Shown: piece after piece, positions 14,166-27,304 of the stretch | Layout of the letters: every line of letters starts with the position of its first letter | How positions within the stretch are numbered: position 1 is the stretch's first letter | Source: Octopus vulgaris | Taxonomy: Eukaryota | Reading direction: 5' to 3' | Length of the DNA: 64,000 bases | Assembly: GCA_951406725.2 (NCBI GenBank) | Contig: OX597817.1 | Coordinates: 5,022,001 to 5,086,000 of the forward strand | Made by a program: the position numbers and the translations under genes | The notes under the pieces: model-generated | The model's database searches: none | Seen by the model: only the letters and a program-made list of their open reading frames with translations | What the model was told of the DNA's origin: nothing

Positions 14166-14961
14166 TCAGCAGTTGAAGGGAGATGAGTCTTCATAACAAT
14201 TTAAGAAATTATGTGAATTATGAAAAACAAAAATGGGAATTAAGGACCAATGACATCCTATCCAGACCACTGGCGGTAACCCTATGTTAATAAATGTGAA
14301 TTAAATGCAGCATTTCGTCACATTTGGCAATAGACCTCCAATAGGAAACAACTTCGATCATATGCTTCATTGTCAATGTAAACGATAATAAACAATCAAT
14401 TAATTAAGCCCGCCATGCGACAACCGGCCATCAAAAATAGCAGAATATATTCGTTCTATAAGGAGCGACAGTGCTTGTATTTTTGGTCAGCGATTGTTTC
14501 CTATTTTACAATAAAAAAGGCGACTGTCGAGTTGTCTCATGCTTCATTATACTGCCATATTTCTTTGGTAATTTCCCAAAATAATTGAATGTGATACATA
14601 AATATAAAATCTGGATCTATAATGAGCATGAAATAAGTATTAAAAACATATGTATGCATTAATGAATAAATAGCATTCTATGCTACAATGAAGTTGTCAA
14701 AACTACAATGCTGCTAAGTACTATGGAGAACAGTTATTTGTTTCGTGTCACGTGTTGTAATATATTAGAGCACGCGAAATATAACCTTTTCAGCCGGTGA
14801 ACTCTAGATCAACTCGGGTGTAGGCACCAAACAATGCTGTTGTTTTACATTTACAGACAGATATACAAACTCATACCCGTACTTACGCAGGCGCGCACAT
14901 GTACTCACACACTCACACTCGTACATGCATATGTGAGTGTATATATAGATATATATGTATG

Positions 14962-15022
<61 letters not shown>

Positions 15023-15090
15023 CATACATACATATATTTATACATACATACTTCTTCCTCAGCCTCTAACACCATCACCAAGATAATAGT

Positions 15091-15165
<75 letters not shown>

Positions 15166-15178
15166 TATATATATATAT

Positions 15179-15275
15179 AAAGACTTCTTCAATTCCCGAG
15201 CGTTATACTAATACATATATTTGTTTTCTACACCACATGTCTTCGTCTTTTGTTTTTTTGTGAATTCTTCCTGTA
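15179..15275 (+). mobile_element. 3' tail fragment of HHR mini-element family C
   Basis: gagcgttatactaataca...tacaccac..gtcttcgtcttttgttttt matches 24380-24448 and the reverse complement of 50495-50580. Confidence 0.8.
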
Positions 15276-15399
15276 TATATATGTGAATCCATATTCTTTA
15301 CATATACATATATGTTATGCATTATTTATATACACAGGGAGACAGTGAGACAGAGGTTTGTTCCTATATTAGATTGTATGTATGTATATATTTGTATGC

Positions 15400-15502
<103 letters not shown>

Positions 15503-16448
15503 CAGACAGATATTCAATTATGAAATGGAAACAGCGGTAATGTTGTAAATTTATCGATTGTACATACATTAATTTATGCCTATATATGATTTGCTTGTAA
15601 GGAAATCGTACTTTCTTATGCAGCCATAATTTACTACCAAGTATATTAAGGGCGTCTAAGCCTGTAGTGTGCCTCATCTGTATTAGTAGTGCTATTAATT
15701 CACTACTTAATGTTATCTCAAGAGATATTCCATAGAAACGTCGTAACAAATCAGAGCTGGCGCAAATTTCCATGGAATATCTTTAGAAACACATTTAAAA
15801 AGTGAATTAATAGCACTGCTAACACAGGTGAGAAATAACATTGACTTATAAACCTTTAATATAGTTGGTAGCTGTCATGGGAGTATAAAGAAATACGATG
15901 ACACTACAAGTAATATGTAGGTTCCTACAAGTCGCCAGAAATGTGATTAATATGTAAAATTGGTTTATCCAATTATGTTACACTACTCTATTTGGTGACT
16001 GTCTTAGGAATGCGTTTGATGAATGGGTTGGATCTGGCGCTGAAGAAGGAGAAACAACTGAGCTATGCATATACACTCCATTACTTATATTTCTATGTTT
16101 CTTTGCATTGCTTACATAGATGTGTTTGTGTACGAAACGTTGTAACAAAGCAACTGCTAACTCTAATTTCTAGAGAATATCTGTAGATATAGTTTTAAAA
16201 TGTATACATATGTATTGTCGTTGATTTCTTCTCACTGAAAAAAATTTACGTATTTACATGAAGTCTTTAAAGATATTTTTCATATCAAACTTAAATTTTG
16301 CATTATCATTCACTTGAATGTGCCCCCATTTTATATTTCCTACTGATTGAAACCTCAATGGTTTTCTAACCTTCATTTTTCTCCCGACTTCACAAGTCTG
16401 CTTCTTCCTCAGCCTCTAACACCATCACCAAGATAATAGTCTTCTATT

Positions 16449-16481
<33 letters not shown>

Positions 16482-16504
16482 TCACCACCACCACCACCAC
16501 CACC

Positions 16505-16543
<39 letters not shown>

Positions 16544-16645
16544 GCTACTATTACCACCACCACCACCACCACCACTACTACCACCACCAACACTACCACT
16601 ACTACTACTACAACTACTACTACTACTACTGCTATTACAACTACA

Positions 16646-16732
<87 letters not shown>
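16449..16732. repeat. Compound (CTA)n/(CCA)n/(TAA)n trinucleotide tract
   Basis: Directly visible. Confidence 0.97.
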
Positions 16733-16735
<3 letters not shown>

Positions 16736-17486
16736 CTTCATTCTTTGTGTAAGACTAATCGATCTCTCGGGTAAAATCTAGACGTCGACAAAGAAGCCTA
16801 TTCAGGAAGACTTTAGCGCAAGGTAGAGCACAATAAAGAACTTCCAGAAATATTTAGGGCTTCTGCAGGGAGATGGCGGTTCGAGGAACACTCCAAATTA
16901 GGTAAGTACGATCAGGTGCGACAGCTCAAGATACAGGCACAATCAAACCGCCCTGCACGTAATCGTGAAATGTCGAATTTTGCAAACTTGTGTAGTTATA
17001 TAGAATCATTGTTGTCGTGTACAAAACACATCTGGCTTTCGACTCTCCACTTTCGATTATCCACTCTCTATTAATAGCGTTGGGAAGGAAGAGTTCCTAT
17101 CTTTTGACTATAACAAAACATAGTGTGTGGCAAATTGAAAACGAAAGGATTAAAGACAGATATGTAAATCAGTTCTAATGTCAATAGGAAGTACGAATGG
17201 AGACCAAGGCCATCTTAGCAATATTATAAATTCCCAAGAAAACTAGTGCACTGGGCTCTATAGTATTTATTTATCGGCAGCAAACCACAGCATATTTAGA
17301 TAACTATCGGCGCCCTAGATCTGTATATACAGTCTAATACATATGATACGTTATAGGCTCGAAATGTAAAAGGCGTTTTCACTTTCCCGGGCGTCAAACT
17401 AATATACCTGCCTGTTATTCAAACACCTGTCTTCGTAAATTTCAATTATATATATATATATATTTGAAACTATATATATATATATT

Positions 17487-17657
17487 TAGTTAATCCAAAC
17501 ATGAAACCACAAAAAAACACAACAACGTGAGGACGTGGAACAAATATAGTATTAGTGGACGCTCAGGAAAGAAGGAAAGAAGGAGCGTTTAACGTTTCGA
17601 GCGGAGCTCTTCGTCAGAAACATAGGAAAAGGAAAGATCCAAAGAAGGGAAGACGGA
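17487..17657 (-). mobile_element. HHR mini-element, family C-related
   Basis: Bounded by (TA)n and (TATG)n; carries the HHR at 17587-17621; homologous to 26805-27030. Confidence 0.8.
17587..17621 (-). ncRNA. Minimal type I hammerhead ribozyme, intact core
   Basis: Minus strand: gttt-CTGACGA-a-gagc tcc gctc-GAAA-CG-TT-aaac; palindromic ACGT stem III; 4-bp stems I and II. Confidence 0.85.
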
Positions 17658-17714
17658 ATGTATGTATGTATGTATATGTATGTATTTATGTATGTATGTA
17701 TGTATGTATGTATG

Positions 17715-17781
<67 letters not shown>

Positions 17782-18392
17782 ACAAAAGGGTAAACGGTTT
17801 TATTTCTCTTTCAATTTCAGAATTATAACTATTAGCGGTTTGAGTTTGGCTGCTCTTTCTAGTGAGTCGAATGTCCTGTTATGGCCATTCCTTATATTTT
17901 TGAATGTATATTATATAGTCTTTGACTATATTTTCTTTCTCGCTTGACCGCTAGTAGCGGAGAATTTTTTGCTACCCTTATATTTATTAATATGTATGTA
18001 TACATATAAGTTTCTATTAAACAGTGACTTGACATCGAGAAATACGAATTTTTTTACAGTAAATGTTTCTATTTTTGCTTTTGTAAAACACAATATTTTA
18101 ATCACTTAGAAATATTTTTAAGTCAATATGATTTCAAAAATGTAAGCTATTTGTACACTAAATATTTATATTTTAGCCTTCTTTACACAGGCAATATATT
18201 AAAGGTTTCCTTTAAATTATATTCAAGTGAATACCATAGTAAAAACATTTTTGGCATATTTAAAAAATATTTTAAAGTGAAAATGTCTTTGAAAATACGG
18301 TAGTTATTTCATGAAAGACCCGTTTGTAACATCTTTGTGAAATATTTTTTTATAGGTTTTTCCGATGCTTTCAACGTATCTCACCTACAAAT

Positions 18393-18493
18393 ATTTGGCT
18401 GTTATTCCTAGCACACCCTAACAGCTATTTGCGATAAACGACTGGAAATACTTGTTACGTGGTAGCATAGTGTGCGAGAAATAGCAGCCAAAT
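18393..18493. mobile_element. Small MITE-like element with ~24-bp TIRs
   Basis: atttggctgttattcctagcacac ... gtgtgcgagaaatagcagccaaat; single copies of the motif recur across the window. Confidence 0.65.
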
Positions 18494-18644
18494 CTTTATT
18501 TTCTGGGGAGCCGTTTCGATATCACATTCGTTGAAATCATACGAAATAACCTAGAGAGGAAAAAAACACCCTAGAAACAAAACTCCGTTGTTGGGAAACT
18601 TAGAGTTGCTTGGTAACACAACGGGTCACGGGCAGTCTAGTCTA

Positions 18645-18690
<46 letters not shown>

Positions 18691-19699
18691 TTACCTTCAA
18701 CCTACATCACTCAGTGGGGTGTGATGCATTGATTGTGAAACAACTTCGGTAGAAGACGCTTGCGTTAAGTACCATAGGATGAGACTGAACGCTGAAACCT
18801 GTGGTTGCAAAGTGTACCTCTTAACTAATACCACTCATCATACGCACTTATTGGATTTTGTGGTGATAGGAAATTCTGTGTAATTATCTCTACGTACATT
18901 ACGTTGTGTGCGTGAATCTGAATATGTATGCGTGTGCGTTTGTATGCGAAAGAATCGATGTAAAATCGGATATCTGTAAATGGAGATTTAGAGTGATAGT
19001 ATGATAATATGCAATAGAAAATGTTATAGTGAATGTTATTGGTCAATGGTAACAACTGGTGCATATATGTGTGTGTTTATGAATATGTTTAATGGGCCGA
19101 TGTTTATGAGTGCGTGCGTACCTATCACATTGAATCACACAGTTCATATCGTAATTTTACCTGTATATCTGTTTGTAAAGGTATACGATAATCTCTCTGA
19201 ATCTGGGCTTTTAAAATATTTTCTGATATTGAATGTATGTGTTCACATATGCAGTTCATTTCTCTACGCACAAACATAGACACACATGTATATGTGTGTG
19301 TGTGTATATGAGTATGTGTACTTATGAAAATGTGGTATCTGTTTTTCTATGTGTAGAAAAGTATGCATGTGTGTGTATCGGTGTACTTCTATGGTTGTAG
19401 GTAAGTCAAGGTGCGCCTCGTGTGCGCCTATGCATGAGTATGCTTTCTAGTTTGGTTCCTTCGTATATTTATATGACCTTGCGAATGTATCAGCAGCAAG
19501 CAAACATACGCACACACACACACGTACACAAACACAGAACCACACACGCACAGGAGGCAAGCTAGAGGTAGTGGATAGCTCTCATTATCAAGGTGACCAA
19601 GTTAGTAGTGGAGGTGGATGCTCCGAGAGCGTAGTTGTGAAAATACTATTAGGCCGGGCAAAAGTCAGGGCCTTTCAGAGTGAAAGCAGATTGCATTAT

Positions 19700-19865
19700 A
19701 CCTGTGTGAGAACAGGTTGGCGTTAAGAAGGGCATCCAGCCGTAGAATAACATTCGAAATCAGACTGGATTCTGATGTCGCCTTCTAGCTTACCAGCCCT
19801 GATCAAACCCTCCAACCCATGCCAGCATGGACAACGGACGTTAAATGATGATGATGCTGATGATA
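19700..19865 (+). mobile_element. SINE/LINE 3' end with (GAT)n tail
   Basis: ttggcgttaagaagggcatccagccgtagaa...ggacgttaaatgatgatgatg. Confidence 0.6.
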
Positions 19866-20039
19866 TGTATACATATATGGATGAATGTACGCATGTATGT
19901 ATGTATAATGTGATATAATATATTACACAAAGAGACAGAGCTCTCTGTGTGTTCGTTTTTTTCAGATGTTAAATAATTAAAAATAGAACAGAGATACGTT
20001 TGTCTGTTTATAATCAGTCTATATGCACGTGTGGTCCAA

Positions 20040-20260
20040 AAATATAAAAAAACAGGGACACATGAATGGGATGTAAAAAGAAAAAAAACTCAAACAAGCA
20101 GAGTGCATTAGTTTGGTGCGCAGAACAATTGGAAGAAGACTTTACCGTTTTGAGGATACGCACCTTGAGGAAAGAATCAGTGAGGAAAGGAGAAGAGAGA
20201 GAGAGAGAAAACACAGAAAAAAGAGAGAGAAAATAACAAATGTGTCCAAATTAGACGGTC
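20040..20260 (-). mobile_element. Decayed family C mini-element
   Basis: attagtttggtgcgc...gactttaccgttttgaggatacgcacc aligns with 26890-26955; HHR core mutated. Confidence 0.5.
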
Positions 20261-21933
20261 ACTAGTTGAGCTTGTTTGATGTGTTTGAACGTCTACACCC
20301 ATATTCATTGGAATGTATGAAAGGGATGTATTTATGTTATGCTGAATATTTTCAAAGTCTTCATGAGAGTGCAGCCGTTTAAGATTTCCAAGGTTATATG
20401 CGCGTGTGAGTGTGTGTGTGTACATATGTATGGTCAAGTTATACAGGTTGCATGAATCATAGAGAAAGAGAGCAAGCAAGAGAGAGAGAGAGAGAGAGAG
20501 AAGGATAGAGGTGGAAAGAGTGTGAGTTTGCTAGTGTGTTTGTGTGTGCGTTTGTGTTCAAATTTGAGTGTGTGTGTGAGTGTATTAATATGTGAAGCAG
20601 GCGGATGTATTTGCTTATCAACAATGTATATGTGTTTGCTTGCATCTTGGTATGTTTGCGTGAGTTAGTGATAGAGTTATAGAGGGGGGCGAAAGTGACG
20701 AAGAGAAATTGGAGAATAAGAAAGAACCACAAATTTGAGGAGGGCACAGAGACAAATACCGGAAATGAATGGACGTTATACATAATAGATGGCAAAGGGA
20801 GAGCTGATAAGGCGAGATACACTGGAGAAGATCGACTGGAGTTAAGAGATGATGATAGAGAGGGAAGGAATGAGAGAGAAAGAGTGACTGGGTGGGAGTG
20901 GAAAAGCTGAAGTATGCAAATGAAACGGCGGAGAGTCAACAATAAGCAAGAATTGGGGAGAGAGAAAGAGAAACGATAAGGGGTAGATACTCTTGGAAAA
21001 GTGGGAGAGATGTATAGATAAAGATTGAGAAAGACAGAGGTATGTACTAGAGAAATTGATTTTATGAAGGTATTCAGAGGGAAGAGACACCGTCACCCAC
21101 AGATCAAGCGGAGGCAAATTCATACGCACATAATATATATATTTATATCTATCTATCTATCTTTCTATGTATGTATGTATGTATGTATGTATGTATGTAT
21201 GTATGTATGTATGTATGTATGTATGTATCTATCTATCTATCTATCTGTATATATATATATATATAAAGAGAGAGAGAGAGAGAGAGAGAGAAAGAGGGAG
21301 AGAAAAAGAGAAAGAGAGAGAGAGAAGGAGAGAAAGAGAGATACATATACATGTATGGCTATCTTAATATGTATATTGTATATACATATGTGTACGTGTG
21401 CGTGTATACACAAACACAAACATTCATAATGAGAAAGTAATGAAGAGAGAAGCAGATAAACAGACATATACGCAGATATGTAGCTGCTGTGTATGTGTGG
21501 GTGTATGCGCACGCGTATGGGTGTGAAATTGCGTTGTGTAATTGCGCATGTTCAACATTGTAACCTCTCATAACCGGTTATTGTCAGCGAAGAGAAGCTG
21601 TGTTGTTATCTGCCATTCTATGTACAAGTTAATAGGGAAACATCAGCTTAATTACTTCATCCAATAAATGATTTGTCGATTTTCACGCAGTCAGTGATAT
21701 TCATCTACAGACAGACACACACGCGGAAAAACACACGCACACAGTCACACATACACATATACACGTAGACACATTCATACAATGCACATGCACGCACACA
21801 AACATATGAAAATATATTTATATACATATCTATGTATGTATGTATGTATTTATATATATAGATATATATATATATCTTTACATGTGTGGTATGTGTATGT
21901 ATATATATGTGTGTGCGTGCACGCGCGTGTCTT

Positions 21934-21978
<45 letters not shown>

Positions 21979-22698
21979 CTCAGAAAAACACGCATATATG
22001 CATATATAAATACATACATACATACGATTGCATACAGAGACTCGTCATATACTGAAGCACACAAACATATACACAAATGCATAAAATGGTTATGTGTCGG
22101 CGGGTTTATAAAGGAGTACTTGGTGAAGGTGATCGAGTGTTATTGAGGCCATCAAAGAGGTATGAAAGTAACCGTGATGTCAGATACATAGAGGACGCTC
22201 TATCATAAAGAAGTGTGAAACGACTTCGTGAGAGAGATGGTGATGTTTCATAATAAGCGTGATAGGTCGGTGGCACCTATACAGTCGGCTATGTAAAAAT
22301 CGAAAAGATTTTGGCTGACGAACTGCGTGAAAGTGTGATATTCAAAGTAATCAACGAACAGAATGTCATACTTAGGTCCGGTTATATATTTGGTTTATTA
22401 AGTAAATTAAGGCCGCGTTATATATTACGGTTAGTATATTATGCCTCACAGTTGCCCACAAAAGATCCTGGTATTCATCTCGTGTGAATGAAAAGCTGTT
22501 AAGAGTGTAGATGAGTCCGGCTAAATAGAGAAGAGGTAGAAATGCTAGCTAGAAAGAATAGGCCAATTTGTCCAGTTAAAATTTTAGGATAAAGGAATCG
22601 AAAATTTGCAGGGATTATGGTCTATAGGGGCAGTAATGAGGGAATATATACGTGTTTATCTGTCTGTATGTATGTATGTACGTATGCATGAATGCATG

Positions 22699-22752
<54 letters not shown>

Positions 22753-23577
22753 TATATGTATATATTTATAATAGATATATCTATATAGGTATATATACAT
22801 GTATATAGGTATATATCCATGTGTGTGTGTGTGAATAAGTAAAAGGACAAAACATTTCGTATTTTAGAGCGGGTAATTTTTAATTCAAACTTAATTGCAG
22901 AGTTGTTACTAAGATGGAATTAAAAAATAATGCATACATCTCTTACAGCTATATCTAGAATAGTTGTGCATAAGGTGGGTAGGGCGTTGAGCAAAGATTT
23001 TCATATAATGCAACTATTTCATCTTAAGAGAGAAAGAATTAAGAAATATTCTTAATAAAGGATATTAAAAGTTACCAGTCCCATCGTCGGAGAACGAAGG
23101 TATTTCCTTTGTAAAATACTTAAATATGATAGCTATTATCTTATCGCCAACGGTGCTTTAGAGGTGCTTGCCTTGTTGTGTGTCTGTGTCTCATCTGAGA
23201 CTACCCACCCGTTTCTTTTTATGGTTGGATTATCCAGTCTGAGTTGCACAGTCACGCGAATGTGTCGCACTGTTTTGAAGAAAGACATCATCAAAAAATA
23301 TGATGAAAGATATTGGTTGTGGTGGAGGTGGGGATAATGTTTAATCGATGTTTGTTGGCCGTCATAAGAGTGGTGAGCAGCATTGCTCGGCTAAAATTTA
23401 GTTTCATTGAAGCGCATGCATTTAATCTTAGGGAATTTCATTTAAATATTCAGTGCACAAAAATAGTTCACCGTCAAATATTAATTGATTATTAAAAACA
23501 GCAGCAACCTCTGAGTGAACTGAAACAGTACCAATATCCTCAGCTCTAAACCATTACCCCCCCCCCCTCTCTCTCAT

Positions 23578-23616
<39 letters not shown>

Positions 23617-23869
23617 ATTCCCTCTTCTCTCTCTACAACAACTAGTAACATAAAACAGGGTTTTTATATATACACAAATTAGCTAAACTTATATAAGTAA
23701 TTTAATTTATGTCTACATTTATTTTTCGTTCCTGTAGGGAATTAATCAATTTTTTATTATTAGTTAACAATATCGCCTTCATGGCAGAATTATATATCTA
23801 TTTGATAATTAGTATAAGTTAAGATAAGTAAATTTATTCAATTATTATTTTTTATTATTTATTATCTTA

Positions 23870-24003
23870 GACCTGATGAGTGACTATATTTTTAAATAGA
23901 ATTAATTTCAGTTCGATTCAAATTTAGATCGATTTAATTTTGAATCGAATTTATTTTATTATTATTATGTATTTGAAAATATAGCGATGAAACGTGCGTA
24001 GTC
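23870..24003 (+). ncRNA. Type I hammerhead ribozyme with ~109-nt stem II hairpin
   Basis: gac-CTGATGA-[gt..ctatatttttaaata..ttcgattcaaatttagat cg atttaattttgaatcgaa..tatttgaaaatatag..at]-GAAA-cgtgc-GTA-gtc, inside an AT-rich element (~23670-24115) ending in (TA)n. Confidence 0.85.
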
Positions 24004-24110
24004 ATTTTACTACTATTTACTATTTATTGTAATTTGCAGATTTCTAAGATAAGGTTCTTTTTATAGTATATGTTTTCTATATGTTTGAATTGTTTAATAG
24101 TGGTTTTACT

Positions 24111-24175
<65 letters not shown>

Positions 24176-24279
24176 TAAGAGGGGACCAGAAAAACAGGAG
24201 AGAAACAAGGAAAAAAATGTGGTGTTTCCATTATGTTGTATCCAACTCCTGTATATACATACATACACACATACATACA

Positions 24280-24450
24280 TACGTTAGCCACTACACGCAT
24301 TTTTTTCTCTCCTTGTTTTTTTGTGTCCCTTTCTGTAGAAGAGGGTAGGCCCGAAACGTAAAAGAATTGTTCTATTCCTGAGCCTTATACTAATACATCT
24401 GTTTGTTTTGTACACCACCTGTCTTCGTCTTTTGTTTTTTTCGTAAACTT
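24280..24450 (+). mobile_element. HHR mini-element family C
   Basis: cttt-CTGTAGA-a-gagggtaggccc-GAAA-CG-TA-aaag at 24329-24364; homologue at 50495-50670. Confidence 0.8.
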
Positions 24451-24476
24451 TCTCTCTCTCTCTCTCTTTCTCTCTC

Positions 24477-24527
<51 letters not shown>

Positions 24528-24660
24528 AAGTAAGCAACAAGGATATCCAGAGGTAATGCAGCACGATCGCTTCATGCGACTCCATTCTGGTGCCTTTAAC
24601 TTAAGTACCATATTCAACTGAATCTAAATTTTACTGAACTTACATATTTATTTATATATA

Positions 24661-24810
24661 TTGGTTGGTTGCCATCCTTTTTGTCTCGGGAGACAATGGA
24701 GTTGCGCATAAAATAGTCTAGTCCGGCTTTTACATTTCATGTTCTAATACATTTCCTGCTGTGGCTGTGTAGTCCTATCCTGGACAAACACTCCCTCTGG
24801 CAGGTACTGC

Positions 24811-24817
<7 letters not shown>
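24661..24817 (-). mobile_element. RTE-clade LINE 3' end
   Basis: ICSTCQRECLSRIGLHSHSRKC C-terminal zinc finger, short 3' UTR with ttgtctc-ccgagacaa hairpin, (CCAA)n tail. Confidence 0.85.
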
Positions 24818-24849
<32 letters not shown>

Positions 24850-25284
24850 CATTAGTATGGAAGTTATCAGGCTGTAATAGAACACATTTGCACTGTAGAC
24901 GAGTTTTAAATAGCTGAGTATATATTCAGATACTATTAAATAAGTGTATTCGTTATAGTTATTCAATAGTTGAATATTTTCCACAACAGCTGGATGTTGC
25001 CGCGTCGTGGTGTGGGATACAATCATACATTGTCGGTTGTTGCTGAAAAATATTTTTATTCTTTTATTCTTTTACTTTCTTCATTGATTTGACTGCGGCC
25101 ATGCTGAGCACCACATTAAAGGGTGGTTAGTCGAAGAAATCGACCACAGGGCTTATTCTCTAGAAGCCTGGTACTTATTCTTTGGATTTCTGAGCCCAAA
25201 CCGCTAAGTTACGGGGACATAAACACACCAGCATCAGTCGTTAAACAATGGCGGGGAGACTAATACAGATACACACATATACAC

Positions 25285-25326
<42 letters not shown>

Positions 25327-25328
25327 AT

Positions 25329-26036
25329 AAAGTAATGGCTATTTGTCAACATAATCTGGCTGTCCTGGAGGGGAGGATTATTACTGTTGTTTAGCCCCAG
25401 GATGCATTGTTTCCAGCTGGCTATACGGTACAATATATGTGTCCTTATATTTTCGAACATGGAGTCCACCACTTCCATCCAGCTCAAGACAACATCCGCG
25501 GACCGGTTTTTCATTAATACTGCTGCTTGGCTACGTTACGTTGCTGAATCCACCGTTCAAAAATATATAGTTTTCAAAGTGACACACAGTCACTGATTTA
25601 AATAAATAGAGACATTGTTATTTCTAAATCTCTCAAAGAGTAACAGTTCTTTAAAGTGAAAGCTTTCTCGGTTTTAGAGATTTAGAAATAATAATGTTTC
25701 TATTTCTTTCGGTCAGTGATGTGTGTCACTTTGAAAAGTATATATTTTCGAACGGTGAATTCATTAATGCCACCTAACCAAGCAGATAGTCTGTGTTGAT
25801 AACGAGCAATAAACCAGAAACCGGTCCACACATGGTGTATTGTGTTGGACTCCCTGATAGAAAATATAATGTCACAGATAACGTGTCGTATACCCAGCTG
25901 AAAACGATGCTTCTTGGGGCTAAACGTCAGTGACAATCATCCCTTCCAGGGCAGCCACATTATTTTGGGAAATAGCCTTTACTTTAAAGAACTGTCACTG
26001 AATATCTCTCTTTGAGAGATTTAGAAGTAATAATAT
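25329..26036. mobile_element. Divergent inverted pair of a ~339-nt pLTR/retrozyme-like monomer
   Basis: 25329-25632 is an imperfect reverse complement of 25676-25985; gagatttagaa recurs at 25677 and 26016; HHR at 25792-25830. Confidence 0.85.
25792..25830 (+). ncRNA. Minimal hammerhead-like motif with U3-A8 core
   Basis: tgtg-TTGATAA-cgagcaataaacca-GAAA-CCGG-TC-caca; palindromic ACCGGT stem III, GUC site; stem II poorly paired in this copy. Confidence 0.6.
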
Positions 26037-26040
26037 ATTA

Positions 26041-26275
26041 AGGCGGCGAGCTTGCAGAAACGTTAGCACGCTGGGCGAAATGCGTAGCCGTATTTCGTCT
26101 GCCGTTACGTTCTGATTTCAAATTCCACCGAGGTCGTCTTTGCCTTTCATCCTTTCGGGGTCGATAAATAAAGTACCAGTTTCGCACTGGGGTTGATGTA
26201 ATCAAATTAAACCCTTTGTCTATTCTTGTTTGTCCCCTCTATGTTTAGCCCCTTGTGGGCAATAAATAAATAAGT
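26041..26275 (+). mobile_element. SINE family B
   Basis: ggcggcgagct.gcagaaacgttagc head, B-box-like ttcaaattcc, central gaggtcg.ctttgcctttcatcctttcggggtcgataaa..aagtaccag. Confidence 0.92.
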
Positions 26276-26595
26276 AAATAATATATATATATATATATTT
26301 ACAGGGCAAGCTTCTTCCAGTTTCCGTCTACCAAATTGACTCAGAAGGCTTTGGTCGGACCGAAGCTATAGTGGAATATACATACCCAAGGTACCATGCA
26401 GTGGGACTGTCGAATTTTATCCCTAATTTTGTGTTAGAGAACCTAGCTGTTCTTTCTAGCGTGTTGAATCCCAAGAGTGAGATTCCTAATATGTTTATAT
26501 GTACACTGTATCTTATGACTAATACATAGTCTTTTGGACTAAATATTTACACGTTAGACGACTGAAAATGTAAATTTTAATTAATTTCCATTTCC

Positions 26596-26603
26596 CTTTG
26601 ATA

Positions 26604-26650
<47 letters not shown>

Positions 26651-26655
26651 ATATG

Positions 26656-26689
<34 letters not shown>

Positions 26690-26694
26690 ATATG

Positions 26695-26728
<34 letters not shown>

Positions 26729-26733
26729 ATATG

Positions 26734-26779
<46 letters not shown>

Positions 26780-26805
26780 ATATGATTATATAAATATATA
26801 TATAT
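26596..26805. repeat. Minisatellite [tttgatatgat(t)(at)n] x5
   Basis: The fixed spacer tttgatatgat recurs five times between (AT)n runs of variable length. Confidence 0.93.
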
Positions 26806-27030
26806 ACAGTCAATTCAGCGAACAAACAATTCAAAAAGCGAATAAAAACAAAGTGATAAAACTGAATGTGAGGAGGAGAACAAGGATTATATTAGTTTGA
26901 CGCCCGGTGAAAGGGGGGAGATTTAACCTTTCGAGTATGGCTCTTCATCGGAAAGGAGAAGGGAGAAAGTTCAGAGAAGATAGAAAAAAGAAATTCGCCA
27001 ACCGTCCACGTCTGATTATATTTCTGAAGT
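26805..27030 (-). mobile_element. Family C-related mini-element with decayed HHR (26921-26955)
   Basis: Minus strand: cttt-CCGATGA-a-gagc cat actc-GAAA-ggtt-aaat. Confidence 0.7.
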
Positions 27031-27304
27031 AAATGTGTTTGTTTGTGTATACTCTCCCACCTCAACTAAAACTCAAATATCACAACTTTCTCATCTACTT
27101 TTCGCTCCCTCTTTATTTCATCATTTTGTCTGGTATTAACTGTCAAACTCATCATATAAATATCTAATAATCAGTTATCCAAAGCAAAACTCGTGAAACT
27201 TCACACTGGAAATGTATTGGATATCGGAAAAGTAATAATTTTGAAGGTTCGTTTTACACCGATAAATTAAGAATATATGATTATTACTGACATAGTACAT
27301 ATTT

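Larger units (their letters stand above)
25061..26410 (-). mobile_element. SINE A split by nested insertions (halves 25061-25325 and 26301-26410)
   Basis: Both halves match family A; the internal microsatellite holds the palindromic element and a SINE B. Confidence 0.8.

Noticed and set aside
16365-16415. Minus-strand CTGAGGA...GAAA
   Set aside because: Stem II not adjacent to the core and no NUH with stem I.
22312-22345. CTGACGA-ac tgc gt-GAAA
   Set aside because: Only 2 bp of stem II and no stem I or III complementarity; likely chance.
24925-25060. Minus-strand GAAA-ATAT-TC with a hairpin as another hammerhead
   Set aside because: No CUGANGA-like core or stem I; only a short imperfect inverted repeat.
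26596-26805. CRISPR-like repeat-spacer pattern
   Set aside because: The spacers are plain (AT)n, the context is eukaryotic and there are no cas genes; it is a minisatellite.
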